Assembly (NCBI GenBank): GCA_963790305.1 | Contig: CAWBOC010000010.1 | Coordinates: 409,939 to 473,938, forward strand | Reading direction: 5' to 3' | Origin: an uncultured Gemmatimonadaceae bacterium | Lineage (GTDB): Bacteria > Gemmatimonadota > Gemmatimonadetes > Gemmatimonadales > Gemmatimonadaceae | Length of the DNA stretch: 64,000 nucleotides | Part shown: positions 1 through 9,732 of the stretch, piece by piece | Layout of the letters: the number at the start of each line of letters is the position of its first letter | How positions within the stretch are numbered: the first letter of the stretch is position 1 | Position numbers and translations under genes: made by a program | The notes under the pieces: generated by a model | What the model was told of the DNA's origin: nothing | Databases searched by the model: none | What the model saw: the letters and a program-made list of their open reading frames with translations, nothing else

Positions 1-688
1 TACGCTGGTGCGCGGGGAGCCGGCGGCGATCACGGTCGTCAATCGCGCACGGGAGCCGGTCAGCGTGCATTGGCACGGGATCGAGCTCGACAGCTACTTC
101 AATGGTGTCGGTCACTGGAGCGGCATTGGCGAGCGTCTGGCACCGACGATCGCACCGGGCGATTCCTTCGTCGCGCGCATGACGCCGCCGCGGGCCGGTA
201 CCTTCATGTATCACACCCACGCCCATGAGGTCGAGCAGATGATCGGCGGCTTGTATGGCCCGCTCATCGTCCTCGAGCCGGGTCAGCCGCGAGACCCGAT
301 GACCGATCGCATTCTCATGCTCAGCACGAGTGGGTCCGCCGCGCAGTCGCCGAACGTGAACGGGGACACGACGGTCGTGCCGCTCGAGCTCCGCAAAGGC
401 ACGACGTACCGGCTGCGCTTTCTCGCATTAGCACCTAACGAGGGCAGGCTGGTGCGACTTCTGGCTGACACCGTGGTACAGCGATGGCGCCCGCTCGCCA
501 AAGACGGGGCGACCCTGCCCGCGAACCAGGCGGTCGCGCGCCCCGCGCGCTTGGCGATGGGCACGGGAGAGACGTGGGATGTCGAGCTGACGCCGTCCGA
601 GACACGGGAGCTGACGCTCGAAATCCTGACGGTGGGCCGTGGGTTGCCGCCGGTGCGAACGCGGATTCCGGTGCGCGTGCGGGACTAG
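1..688 (+). CDS. Multicopper oxidase, C-terminal part (5' end outside window); paralog of 7009..8910
   Basis: VHWHGIELDSYF and FMYHTHAHE copper motifs; clearly similar to the second half of the protein at 7009..8910. Confidence 0.85.
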   Translation, partial: TLVRGEPAAITVVNRAREPVSVHWHGIELDSYFNGVGHWSGIGERLAPTIAPGDSFVARMTPPRAGTFMYHTHAHEVEQMIGGLYGPLIVLEPGQPRDPMTDRILMLSTSGSAAQSPNVNGDTTVVPLELRKGTTYRLRFLALAPNEGRLVRLLADTVVQRWRPLAKDGATLPANQAVARPARLAMGTGETWDVELTPSETRELTLEILTVGRGLPPVRTRIPVRVRD

Positions 689-1053
689 TCCGGCCCTAAC
701 GCCGCCGCCAGCTTTTTCGGCGCCGCCAGGCGGTATGCCTCGCGGAGGATGTCGCCCAGCTCCGCCCAGTCGCACTTCCCGTCGAGGTAGACGCCCACCC
801 ATCCGCTCGGGCCCACGTACGGCGGCTTGAAGAACCGGTTGGGTGCCTCGCGGATGAGAAACTCCTGATTGACGTGCACCGACTTGCACCACACCGACGA
901 GCGTCCACCGCCGTGGTGGGTCGACGCGTCCGCGTACATCGCGAAGATCTTGTTGCGCACGCGGAACGTTGGCTCGCCCCACGCCTCGACTTCGTGCGCC
1001 TCGGGAAGGGCGAGGCACATCTTGCGAAGGCGGGTCAGCGGCCGGGGCGGCAT
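685..1053 (-). CDS. MmcQ/YjbR family protein
   Basis: CLALPEAHEVEAWGEPTFRVRNKIFAMY ... FFKPPYVGPSGWVGV; ATG at 1053. Confidence 0.85.
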   Translation of the reverse strand: MPPRPLTRLRKMCLALPEAHEVEAWGEPTFRVRNKIFAMYADASTHHGGGRSSVWCKSVHVNQEFLIREAPNRFFKPPYVGPSGWVGVYLDGKCDWAELGDILREAYRLAAPKKLAAALGPD

Positions 1054-1262
1054 CCTACCGGGCGCGCTTCGACGCCCCGCGCTTTCGCGCTGCTCCCCTC
1101 GCATTGGCGCGCCGCCAGCAGATCTCACATCGCGCGCCACGATACTTGTGTCCGCGCGAGCAGGTCTTCCATCCTGATTTGCGAGCCTTCGGCATCCGTC
1201 ACTCCTCTAGGGTGATGATGTGGCGGCGAGCGCAACCAGACAGGCCCAGCGCGCGCGCGGCG

Positions 1263-1664
1263 TCACAGGCGCCGTTGTCCCTGGGCATCGCAGGCGAAGG
1301 CGCGGCCGTTGGCATCGTAGCACGTGCCGTACGGACTCCGTCCATCGCCGGTAAAGGCCGCGAGACCAATACCGACAATGGCGAGAACCACCAGCCCGGC
1401 CGCGGCCGCGGCAACAACGCCCAGCGTGAGTCGGTTACGCAGCGACCGCGGGTGGCGGTCGAGAAGTCCCCAGCTCGCGTAGCTCGCGGCGGCGCCGAGC
1501 ATCGCCGCGACCGGCCACCAGCCAGGCGCGAAAACCAGCGTCGCCGCGGCGGCGACCGAGGAGGCCATCGCCTGCTCGACCAACGATCGGCGCGATCGCT
1601 GGCGCGCACGTGCGGCGAACATCTGGAATACCGTTTCCCCGCCGTCAGTACGGTCGACGACCAT
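1263..1664 (-). CDS. Hypothetical membrane protein
   Basis: About three hydrophobic segments, C-terminal CYDANGRAFAC; GGAG upstream of ATG. Confidence 0.55.
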   Translation of the reverse strand: MVVDRTDGGETVFQMFAARARQRSRRSLVEQAMASSVAAAATLVFAPGWWPVAAMLGAAASYASWGLLDRHPRSLRNRLTLGVVAAAAAGLVVLAIVGIGLAAFTGDGRSPYGTCYDANGRAFACDAQGQRRL

Positions 1665-1700
1665 GGCCACTCCGCCTAGACTCCAAACGCCCACTTCGAA

Positions 1701-2225
1701 CTACAGGAGCATCTCAAAATACACCAGGGGAACGCCGCGATAGGTCGCATCCCCGACGTGGCGGAACCCGGCTCGCGAATAGAAGCCGCCAGCCCCGGCC
1801 GGACTGTCGTAGGCGTCGAGACGGATCGCGTCCGCCGGCCAGGCGCGGGCAATGGCAACGATCTCGTCGATGCACACCCGCCCGACGCCACGTCGCTGAT
1901 AATCCGGACGCACCGCCATGTTGGTGAGATAGAGCGGCCGCTCGCAGCGGGTGAAATACGATTTGTCGATTGCCCACGGCTTTCGTGTGCCGAGCGCGAA
2001 CGTCGCAACCTCGGCTCGCCCGCTTCGCGCCAGCCACACCCTCGAGATGCGCAAGTCGTACATCGTGCCTCGCTCAGTCGGCTCGCCCGACCAATGGCCC
2101 CGGCCGAATCGTTCCGTCAGATCCCGCGCGGTCGCGGTGCGAAGTGCGACGACCGCTTTGACGTCCTCCTTCGAGCGTGCCTCGCGAAAACTCAGGCGCG
2201 TACCGGCTCCCGAAGGCTGCCTCAG
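1701..2225 (-). CDS. GNAT family N-acetyltransferase (start uncertain)
   Basis: LYLTNMAVRPDYQRRGVGR acetyl-CoA motif; AGAGGFYSRAGF. Confidence 0.8.
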   Translation of the reverse strand: MRQPSGAGTRLSFREARSKEDVKAVVALRTATARDLTERFGRGHWSGEPTERGTMYDLRISRVWLARSGRAEVATFALGTRKPWAIDKSYFTRCERPLYLTNMAVRPDYQRRGVGRVCIDEIVAIARAWPADAIRLDAYDSPAGAGGFYSRAGFRHVGDATYRGVPLVYFEMLL

Positions 2226-2620
2226 AGCGGAACCAGCTCGGTCGTCGTTCCCCGTGATTTCGCGCGGCCGAGGTCGCGCGCGTATTTCGACGAGCCGGGC
2301 GTATGGTATTTCTCGAGGTACGCGCGAGACACGGCATCCTTCAAGCGCTCGCTCTTCGTGAACACGGCGCGAACACGGATCTCCCGTCCCTTCACGCTCA
2401 CTGCGCCGCGTGGCTCCTCGAGGAACGTGCGATACCAGCTTCGTGGCTTGAGGCTCCACGATCTGACGAAGACGCGATCGCCGACCATCACGAACCGAAT
2501 GCCAATGAACCGGTGCGGTTCGGTGCCGGCGCGGATGCCGATCACGTTGTCGTCGCGCAATGCCGCAAGAATCTTCGCCGGGAACTTGCGGCGCGCGCGC
2601 GCCTTCGTGCTCGGACTCAC
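2222..2620 (-). CDS. DUF2255-like protein
   Basis: IGIRAGTEPHRFIGI..VMVGDRVFVRSW ... AYLEKY; GTG start at 2620. Confidence 0.7.
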   Translation of the reverse strand: MSPSTKARARRKFPAKILAALRDDNVIGIRAGTEPHRFIGIRFVMVGDRVFVRSWSLKPRSWYRTFLEEPRGAVSVKGREIRVRAVFTKSERLKDAVSRAYLEKYHTPGSSKYARDLGRAKSRGTTTELVPL

Positions 2621-2771
2621 CGATCGGCCACCACGAACGCTCGCAGAGTGAGTGACAATGCGCCGTGTCGAACGGAACAGAGAGTCATCGTTGAACTCCA
2701 GGTCCGTAGAAGTCCCATGGGCGAACGGGACGGTACGAGGGCGGGCAGTAGGATAGTGCCGTGTTCGTCCG

Positions 2772-3449
2772 CTAGCCAGACACCTCGGCGATAAAAAGAG
2801 CGGAGGCGGGCTTCTGCGTGTTCGGATGGAGCGGCTCGCGCACCTCGAGAAGCCGGAATCCACTCTCGCTGAAGAGCTTTATCCAGGTCTCGAGGGTGCG
2901 GAAGTACCAGGGTGCGGGATCGGTGAACTCGGTGCCGAACCCCGCCCACGAGCCGGTGCGCCACCCATCCATGTAAGGCTGATCGCCGCTGGCGATCAGC
3001 GGGTGCAGCGTCTGCACGATGAGCGCGCCACCCTCGTTGAGCAGGGCGGGCGCGTGATGGATCAGGTCGTTGACGGAATCCTTACCGAGCAGCGCGAAGT
3101 TCGCCACGGCGACGTCGACTCTGATCCGGAGCTCGCCTTCCGCGAGCGCCTCGTACGAGGCGACATGAAACTCCCCGCCGCCGGCGCGGGCGGCCTGCTC
3201 GACGAGGGCAGGCACCACGTCGACGCCGATGGCGCGGATGCCCTGTGTCGCGAGAGCGCGTACCAGCCACCCCTCTCCGCACCCAATGTCGAGCACGACG
3301 TTAGGCGACCGGCCGAGGACGGCGTCAATGATCGCCTGATTGGTGACGAGCGTGCGGCTCTCGATCTGGCTCTCGCGCACGGCATTCGTCCACGGCGCGG
3401 CGTTCTTGCGCCAGGAGTCGACGATCTTGGCGTCTGATAGCGGATCCAT
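2772..3449 (-). CDS. Class I SAM-dependent methyltransferase
   Basis: VLDIGCGEGWL motif I; start overlaps the upstream stop codon. Confidence 0.9.
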   Translation of the reverse strand: MDPLSDAKIVDSWRKNAAPWTNAVRESQIESRTLVTNQAIIDAVLGRSPNVVLDIGCGEGWLVRALATQGIRAIGVDVVPALVEQAARAGGGEFHVASYEALAEGELRIRVDVAVANFALLGKDSVNDLIHHAPALLNEGGALIVQTLHPLIASGDQPYMDGWRTGSWAGFGTEFTDPAPWYFRTLETWIKLFSESGFRLLEVREPLHPNTQKPASALFIAEVSG

Positions 3450-4015
3450 CACGGGGGAGAGTCCGGTGTCGGATTGCAATCGCCATTCAGTGTCTTCCGC
3501 ATACGAATCACGCGCAGCCCGAGCCCGTCAGGCATCCCGATCACGAGCTCCTCGACGGAGGCGAAGGCGAGGGCGCGATACAGCGGCTCGCCGGGCAAGG
3601 TGGATACGAGCTCCAACTCTCGGAAGCCGGCAGCCAGAGCGGCGTCGGCGCAGGCCTGGTACAGCTGACGGGCGAGGCCTCGCCGAGTCCACAGGGGGTG
3701 AACGAAGAACGCCCTGATCCTTGCCGGTTCTCGCTCGGGATCGAGTACTGGGTCGGCAGCCCCTTTCATCTGGTCGCCACCATACAGCGTGGCGCGGCGG
3801 CTCCATCCCCCCGCGGCGACGATTGCTCCTTCTGCCTCGATGACGAAATACGTGCCGTCCGCGATCAGCTGCGAGTCGGGGCCAAAGACCCAGCGCAACG
3901 AGCTCGCGATCTGTTCTTCGGAATAGTATCCGGCACTCAGTACGCGAACCGAGGCATCAATGAGCGCCCGGATTGCCGGGACGTCGTCGACCGTTGCGAC
4001 ACGGAGGTCGGGCAT
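3449..4015 (-). CDS. GNAT family N-acetyltransferase
   Basis: ARIRAFFVHPLWTRRGLAR; TLPGEPLYRALAF. Confidence 0.9.
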   Translation of the reverse strand: MPDLRVATVDDVPAIRALIDASVRVLSAGYYSEEQIASSLRWVFGPDSQLIADGTYFVIEAEGAIVAAGGWSRRATLYGGDQMKGAADPVLDPEREPARIRAFFVHPLWTRRGLARQLYQACADAALAAGFRELELVSTLPGEPLYRALAFASVEELVIGMPDGLGLRVIRMRKTLNGDCNPTPDSPP

Positions 4016-4154
4016 GGGAGGCGCGCGACACAGAGTGACCCCATAGTAGAACCGCCGCTGCGTCACGGGAAGTAGCCAACGCGATGCTTGACGCTGTGCG
4101 CCAGGCGCCGTATCCCATTCTCCATCACGGTCGATCCATATTGACGGAGGGACT

Positions 4155-6974
4155 ATGCGGGGCATTCTGAAGCTGGTGGCGCTGGCGATGGCGATGACCA
4201 CGCTCGTACCCGTCACGGCGCTCGCGCAGGGTGGCGCCATCCGCGGGCGCGTCGCAGACACGACCGGAGCTCCAGTTGCGGACGCAGTCGTGTGGGTGGA
4301 GGCGACGGCGCTGCGCGCGATGACCGGTGCCACTGGTGAATACGTCATCAGCGCGGTTCCCGCAGGCCCGGCGATCGTGCGCGTCCGCCGCATCGGTTAC
4401 GTCGACATCGCACCGGCGCCACGCGTCATCGTCGTCGCGGGCGGAACCGTCCAGCAGGATTTCACCCTTCGCAACGTCGCCAACACCCTCGCGCCAATCG
4501 TAGTCGGGTCACGCGCCACGCATACCGCCGCCGATGAGCTGGCGGTTCCCGTCGACGTGTTCACGCCGGAGATGATCCGCTCGCAGGGCACGACCGAGAC
4601 CGCTCAGATTCTCGCCCAGCTTGCACCGTCGGTGAATTTTCCGAGGCAGAGCGTGTCCGACGCGTCGGAGATCGTCAGGCCGTTCACCATGCGCGGCTTG
4701 AGTCCCGATCACACGCTGGTGCTGCTCAATGGAAAGCGCCGGCATCACACCGCGCTCATTCATTATTACGGGGCAGGGCAGGGGGCCGGCTCGAGCGGCG
4801 TGGACATGAACGCGTTCCCGGCGAGCGCCATCGAGCGGCTCGAGGTGCTGCGCGACGGCGCCGCGGCGCAATATGGCTCCGACGCGATCGCCGGCGTCGT
4901 CAACGTCGTCCTCAAGGAAGGCGCATTCGCTCCCTTCTTCAGCGTCGACCTCGGCGAATACATGACCAGTGAGGAGAACCCGGCCGCGCTGCCCGTCAAT
5001 GGCGAGCGTCCGAGCTTCCCGCGCGATGGTCGGACGCTCGACATCAACGGTGGCTGGGGCGTCCCCCTCGGAGGCGGCTCACTCAGCCTGTTCGCTGAAT
5101 ACCGCGATCGCGACCCGACGAACCGGGCCGGACCGGACTCCGAGCCGCAGTTCGGGGGCGATGCGGACGACGTGGTCAACGGCGACCTCGTCGCGAAGAA
5201 CAATCCGATTCCGATGCCGAATCATCACTGGGGGGACGGGGCGTCGAAGGATCTCATGACGTTCGCGACGCTTCGCCTGCCGCTCGGTGCCGCCGGCGCC
5301 GCGGGCCTCTATGCGTTCGGCGGGTACAGCAAGCGCGAAGGTACCGGCTTCGGCTACTTCCGCCCGCCGTCGAGCGAGCGCAACTGGACGGAGATCTACG
5401 AGAACGGTTTCCTTCCCCGGTTCGCGCCGGACGTCGTCGATCTGTCGGCCGTGGTGGGGGCGAGAGGTATCGGGGCAGGCTGGGGATACGATTTCAGCAT
5501 TACCTACGGGCGCAACGCATTCGAGTACAACCTCGACAACACGCTCAACACGTCGTTAGGTCCGTGTCTCGATGCGCCCTGCGCGCCCGGCCAGGATGGC
5601 GTGCTTGGAACGACGGACGATCCGGGCATCCCCAATCAAACGAGCTTTTTCGCCGGTGAGCTGGGGCTCTCGGAAGGGATCTTCAGCGTGGACCTGAACC
5701 GGGAGTTCGAGCTTGGGCTCGCCTCGCCGATTCACATTGCGATCGGCGCTGCTTACCGGCGGGAGAACTATGAGATCACGGCCGGCGAGCGGGCATCGTA
5801 CATCAATGGCTTCCATCCAGCGTCGGACAATAGTATTGCACCGTCGGGCTCGCAGGTCTTCCCCGGATTTCGTCCGGAGGACGCCGCGGACGCCGACCGC
5901 AGCAACATTGGCGCGTACGTCGATCTGGAAGGAGACCTGGTGCCGAGACTGCTCGCGAACGTCGCGGCGCGATTCGAGAACTACAGCGACTTCGGCTCGA
6001 AGGTCACCGGCAAGCTCGCCATGCGCTTTCAGCCGTCTACGAAGGTCACCTTTCGGTCCGCGGTCAGCACCGGCTTCCGCGCCCCGTCGCTCAACCAGAG
6101 CTTCTACTCGAGCGTCGTTACCAACTTCAAGGCCGACGAGATCACCGGCGCGCCGATTCCATTCGAGATCGGCATCTTCCCGGTGAATTCTCGCGAGTCG
6201 CGCGCCCTCGGCGCACGGGATCTGGAAGCCGAGTCGTCCCGGAACTTCAGCGCTGGCGTCGCACTCTCGCCGACGGAGCATCTGACCGTCACCGCCGACT
6301 TCTTTCTGGTCAACGTCGACGACCGGATCGTTCTCACCGGCTTCCTCGACACCGATAGCGTCGCGGCGATTCTTCGCGGAACGGGCTCGCGCGCCGAGGC
6401 GGCGCAGTATTTCACCAACGCGATCGATACGCGCACGCGCGGGATCGATTTCACCGCGGACTATCGGGTGCCGACGACGGGGGGCGAGTTCGGGTTGAAC
6501 GCCGCGTTCAACTACACGAAGACGACGATCCCGAACGAATGCTGCATTCCGTTGCCGGCCGAGCTTCAGGGAACCGATGAAGAGCTGATCGGACGGTTCG
6601 ATGAAGGCGGTCTGTTGGCGATGACGCAGGAGCGGCCGAAGTGGCGCAGCATCGTGACCGGCCAGTATCGCCGCGGGTCATGGAACGGGCTCGCGCGGTA
6701 TTCCTACTACGGGAAGTACACGTCGTCGCTGTACAGCTACAGCGGCAATGACGTCACCACCTACTCGGCGAAGGGGCTGTTTGACGTCGAGCTCGGGTAC
6801 ACGGCCGCGCGGATCTTCAAGATCGCGGTGGGCGCGCGCAATCTCCTCGATACGTATCCGGATCGGATGTCGTACAACAACGGCTTCGACATTTTCCCAT
6901 ACCCGCCCGCATCTCCGTTCGGGTATAACGGGCGGTTCGTGTATACTCGAGTCGACCTCGACTTCGGGCGGTGA
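4155..6974 (+). CDS. TonB-dependent receptor with N-terminal carboxypeptidase-regulatory-like domain
   Basis: Signal peptide; plug motif MRGLSPDHTLVLLNGKRRH..IERLEVLRDGAAAQYGSDAIAGVVNVVLK; C-terminal beta-strand; GGAGG RBS. Confidence 0.93.
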   Translation: MRGILKLVALAMAMTTLVPVTALAQGGAIRGRVADTTGAPVADAVVWVEATALRAMTGATGEYVISAVPAGPAIVRVRRIGYVDIAPAPRVIVVAGGTVQQDFTLRNVANTLAPIVVGSRATHTAADELAVPVDVFTPEMIRSQGTTETAQILAQLAPSVNFPRQSVSDASEIVRPFTMRGLSPDHTLVLLNGKRRHHTALIHYYGAGQGAGSSGVDMNAFPASAIERLEVLRDGAAAQYGSDAIAGVVNVVLKEGAFAPFFSVDLGEYMTSEENPAALPVNGERPSFPRDGRTLDINGGWGVPLGGGSLSLFAEYRDRDPTNRAGPDSEPQFGGDADDVVNGDLVAKNNPIPMPNHHWGDGASKDLMTFATLRLPLGAAGAAGLYAFGGYSKREGTGFGYFRPPSSERNWTEIYENGFLPRFAPDVVDLSAVVGARGIGAGWGYDFSITYGRNAFEYNLDNTLNTSLGPCLDAPCAPGQDGVLGTTDDPGIPNQTSFFAGELGLSEGIFSVDLNREFELGLASPIHIAIGAAYRRENYEITAGERASYINGFHPASDNSIAPSGSQVFPGFRPEDAADADRSNIGAYVDLEGDLVPRLLANVAARFENYSDFGSKVTGKLAMRFQPSTKVTFRSAVSTGFRAPSLNQSFYSSVVTNFKADEITGAPIPFEIGIFPVNSRESRALGARDLEAESSRNFSAGVALSPTEHLTVTADFFLVNVDDRIVLTGFLDTDSVAAILRGTGSRAEAAQYFTNAIDTRTRGIDFTADYRVPTTGGEFGLNAAFNYTKTTIPNECCIPLPAELQGTDEELIGRFDEGGLLAMTQERPKWRSIVTGQYRRGSWNGLARYSYYGKYTSSLYSYSGNDVTTYSAKGLFDVELGYTAARIFKIAVGARNLLDTYPDRMSYNNGFDIFPYPPASPFGYNGRFVYTRVDLDFGR

Positions 6975-7008
6975 GGGAGGGAGGGGACACACCTTTCCGG
7001 AGGACGCG

Positions 7009-8910
7009 ATGCCGCGTCTCGCATCACTCGCGGTGCTCACGCTGGCGTTCCTGACGTCGGCTGCCGACGTTAGGCGACCGCCTGCGCCCGAGCGCATTCA
7101 GACGCATGACAACGAGCGCTCGGCGGGGACGCTCACGAACGGCGTGCTCCGCCTGCGCCTCGAGACGCGGATGGGCAGTTGGTATCCGCATGGAGACGAC
7201 GGCCCCAACACGCAAATGGTCGCGTTCGCCGAGGTGGGCCGACGGCTGCAGATCCCCGGTCCGCTGATTCGGGTGCCCGCCGGGACGGAGGTCATCGCCT
7301 CGATCACGAATTCGCTGTCGGACAGCGCGCTTACCGTGCACGGCCTCCTCTCGCGGCCGGTTGCGGCGAGCGTAGCCCCCGAGCCGGTGACGATCCCACC
7401 CGGTGCGACGCGCGAGGTGACGTTCCGCCTCGACGCGCCCGGGACGTACTACTACTGGGGCACCACAATGGGGCGGCCGTTCCGCTTGCGCACAAAGGAA
7501 GACGGCCAACTCTCGGGCGCGATCATCGTCGATCGGCCTGGCGCGACCGGGCGCCACGAGCGTGTCCTGGTGTTTGGCGAGTGGTCCGACACGGTCGGGA
7601 CCGAGAGTGGCCCCGCGCAGCAATGGCTGCTCCTCGTCGTCAACGGTCGCTCGTGGCCGCACACGTCGCGGTTTACGCAACGCGTCGGCGATACCGTGCG
7701 CTGGCACCTGATCAACGCGTCGGCCGACGTTCATCCCATGCATCTTCATGGGTTCTACTTTCACGTTGACGGTCGCGGCGACGGCCTGCGCGATACGACC
7801 TACGCGGAATCGGCTCGTGACATGGTGGTCACCGAGCGCCTGACCCCGGGCAGAACCGCGTCGATCACGTGGGTGCCGGAGCGCCCGGGAAACTGGCTGT
7901 TTCACTGCCACTTCACGGCTCACTTCGCGGCACGCGCCCCGTTAGGCATGCCCTTGCCCGCGTCGCCGAAGGGCGCACACGCGCAACACGCTGGCAACCA
8001 CGCTCTCGAGGGGATGAGCGGACTGGTGTTGGGCGTCGAGGTAGCGCCGCGCCGAGCGGCGAAACAGAACGGGGAGACCCGACGCGACGCGGGGCGCCGT
8101 CGTCTGCGACTGCTGGCGCGGCCCGCGGGCGGGACGGAGGATCGGCCGTTTTACGCGTTCACCCTTCACGAGCGCGGAATCGAGTCGGCGATCGATACCA
8201 TGGTGCGCAGCGGCCCTCCGATCGTGCTTCGGCGAGACGAGCCCGTCTCCATCATGGTGGTCAATCGCACGCCTGAGCCGACGGCGGTGCACTGGCACGG
8301 CATCGAGCTCGACAGCTACTTCGACGGTGTGGCCGGGTTCAGCGGAGACAATCGCCGCCTGTCGCCACCGATTGCGCCCGCCGATTCGTTCGAGGCGCGT
8401 TTCACTCCACCGCGTGAGGGCACGTTCATCTATCACACGCATGTGGACGAGCCACGCCAGCAACCGGCCGGTCTGTCGGGAGCGCTCCTGGTCGTCGATC
8501 CTGACAAACCCTACGACGCCACGACGGACATTCCCGTCCTGATCTCTACGCCGCGTCAGCCGGATGTCGCGCGACGGGCGGTCCTGCTCAACGGCACGCT
8601 TTCGCCGCAACCGGTGGCGCTCCGGGCTGGCGTGGCGCATCGGATCCGACTCATCAACATCACCATCGGCCGCCCCGGCATCCGTGTCGAGGTATCGCGG
8701 GACTCCTCACTCGTGCGCTGGCGCTCGCTGGCGAAGGATGGCGCAGACCTGCCTGACGAGCGCCAGGTGATGCAAGTCGCGCGTCAGCCCATCACCATCG
8801 GTGAGACATTCGACTTCGTGTTGACGCCACCCGACACTGGGCCGATGCGCCTCGAAGTGCGCAGTGGCGGTGGCGTACTTCTCGCGACGATGCCGTTCGT
8901 CGTCAAGTGA
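7009..8910 (+). CDS. Secreted multicopper oxidase, four cupredoxin domains
   Basis: HPMHLHG, WLFHCHFTAH, VHWHG, FIYHTH motifs; GGAGG RBS before ATG 7009. Confidence 0.9.
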   Translation: MPRLASLAVLTLAFLTSAADVRRPPAPERIQTHDNERSAGTLTNGVLRLRLETRMGSWYPHGDDGPNTQMVAFAEVGRRLQIPGPLIRVPAGTEVIASITNSLSDSALTVHGLLSRPVAASVAPEPVTIPPGATREVTFRLDAPGTYYYWGTTMGRPFRLRTKEDGQLSGAIIVDRPGATGRHERVLVFGEWSDTVGTESGPAQQWLLLVVNGRSWPHTSRFTQRVGDTVRWHLINASADVHPMHLHGFYFHVDGRGDGLRDTTYAESARDMVVTERLTPGRTASITWVPERPGNWLFHCHFTAHFAARAPLGMPLPASPKGAHAQHAGNHALEGMSGLVLGVEVAPRRAAKQNGETRRDAGRRRLRLLARPAGGTEDRPFYAFTLHERGIESAIDTMVRSGPPIVLRRDEPVSIMVVNRTPEPTAVHWHGIELDSYFDGVAGFSGDNRRLSPPIAPADSFEARFTPPREGTFIYHTHVDEPRQQPAGLSGALLVVDPDKPYDATTDIPVLISTPRQPDVARRAVLLNGTLSPQPVALRAGVAHRIRLINITIGRPGIRVEVSRDSSLVRWRSLAKDGADLPDERQVMQVARQPITIGETFDFVLTPPDTGPMRLEVRSGGGVLLATMPFVVK

Positions 8911-9334
8911 ACCGCAGTCGATGGACGAGGTGCAGTAGCGTCCCGTAGAGCAGGGTCAGCGGGAGAAAGAGGCTGAGGGTGAGCGGGGTAAATGGATCCG
9001 TCCCGCGCAGCGTGAGCAGGATGAGGATGACACCGAAGATCACGCCACGCACGGTGGCGCGGTCGCGCAGCACGCGAACGAGAATCGCGTAGATCAGCCC
9101 GCCTGCCGCACCGCTCACCGCGCCCAGGCCCACGACCGTCATCGTGCCGCCGAGGGAGAAGCCGGGCGCGACGTTCGTGGCGTGCGCGATGACGCGCATG
9201 GCGATGCGCCCACCGATCCCGAGGATGGGCAGCCCGAGCGCGATGCCCAGGAGCGGATCGAATACCCACGGGTTGCGCGCGAGGTGCATGACGCGCGCGG
9301 TTCGGTGCTCCAGGGGCGCGGCGGGTGAGGTCAT
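8903..9334 (-). CDS. Hypothetical membrane protein (about 4 TM)
   Basis: Four hydrophobic segments; ATGA overlap with upstream gene. Confidence 0.7.
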   Translation of the reverse strand: MTSPAAPLEHRTARVMHLARNPWVFDPLLGIALGLPILGIGGRIAMRVIAHATNVAPGFSLGGTMTVVGLGAVSGAAGGLIYAILVRVLRDRATVRGVIFGVILILLTLRGTDPFTPLTLSLFLPLTLLYGTLLHLVHRLRFT

Positions 9335-9729
9335 GGTCCGTCCTCGATCGAGGCCCCGGCATCTGCGAGCATCTCCCGCAGCAGAGTCCGGTGACAGCGC
9401 GTGGCATTCTCGCAGTAGCACCCCACGGAAAAGCTCGTCTGGTGCGACAGCGCCGCGAGAAGCTCAATGAGGTGGCGCGCCCGCGGTTCGCGCATCTCCC
9501 TACGGTAGTGTTGTACGTACCGTTTCCAGCGCGCGTCCGTCCACGGCTCGGACAGCGCCCACGACACCACCTCGGCGCTGGGGGCGAGCTCCGGGAGCCA
9601 GACGTCGAAGTAGTCCTTCGACGCGAAGTCCTCCTTTCGCACGCCGCGCGGAGGTCGCCTAACGGTCCCCAGGCGTACGCCTTCGCCGGCCGCTCGAGGA
9701 GCTCCGAGGCGGACAACGCGGATGGCCAT
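9331..9729 (-). CDS. DUF488 family protein
   Basis: TVRRPPRGVRKED..WLPELAPS ... GCYCENATRCHR. Confidence 0.85.
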   Translation of the reverse strand: MAIRVVRLGAPRAAGEGVRLGTVRRPPRGVRKEDFASKDYFDVWLPELAPSAEVVSWALSEPWTDARWKRYVQHYRREMREPRARHLIELLAALSHQTSFSVGCYCENATRCHRTLLREMLADAGASIEDGP

Positions 9730-9732
9730 CGC

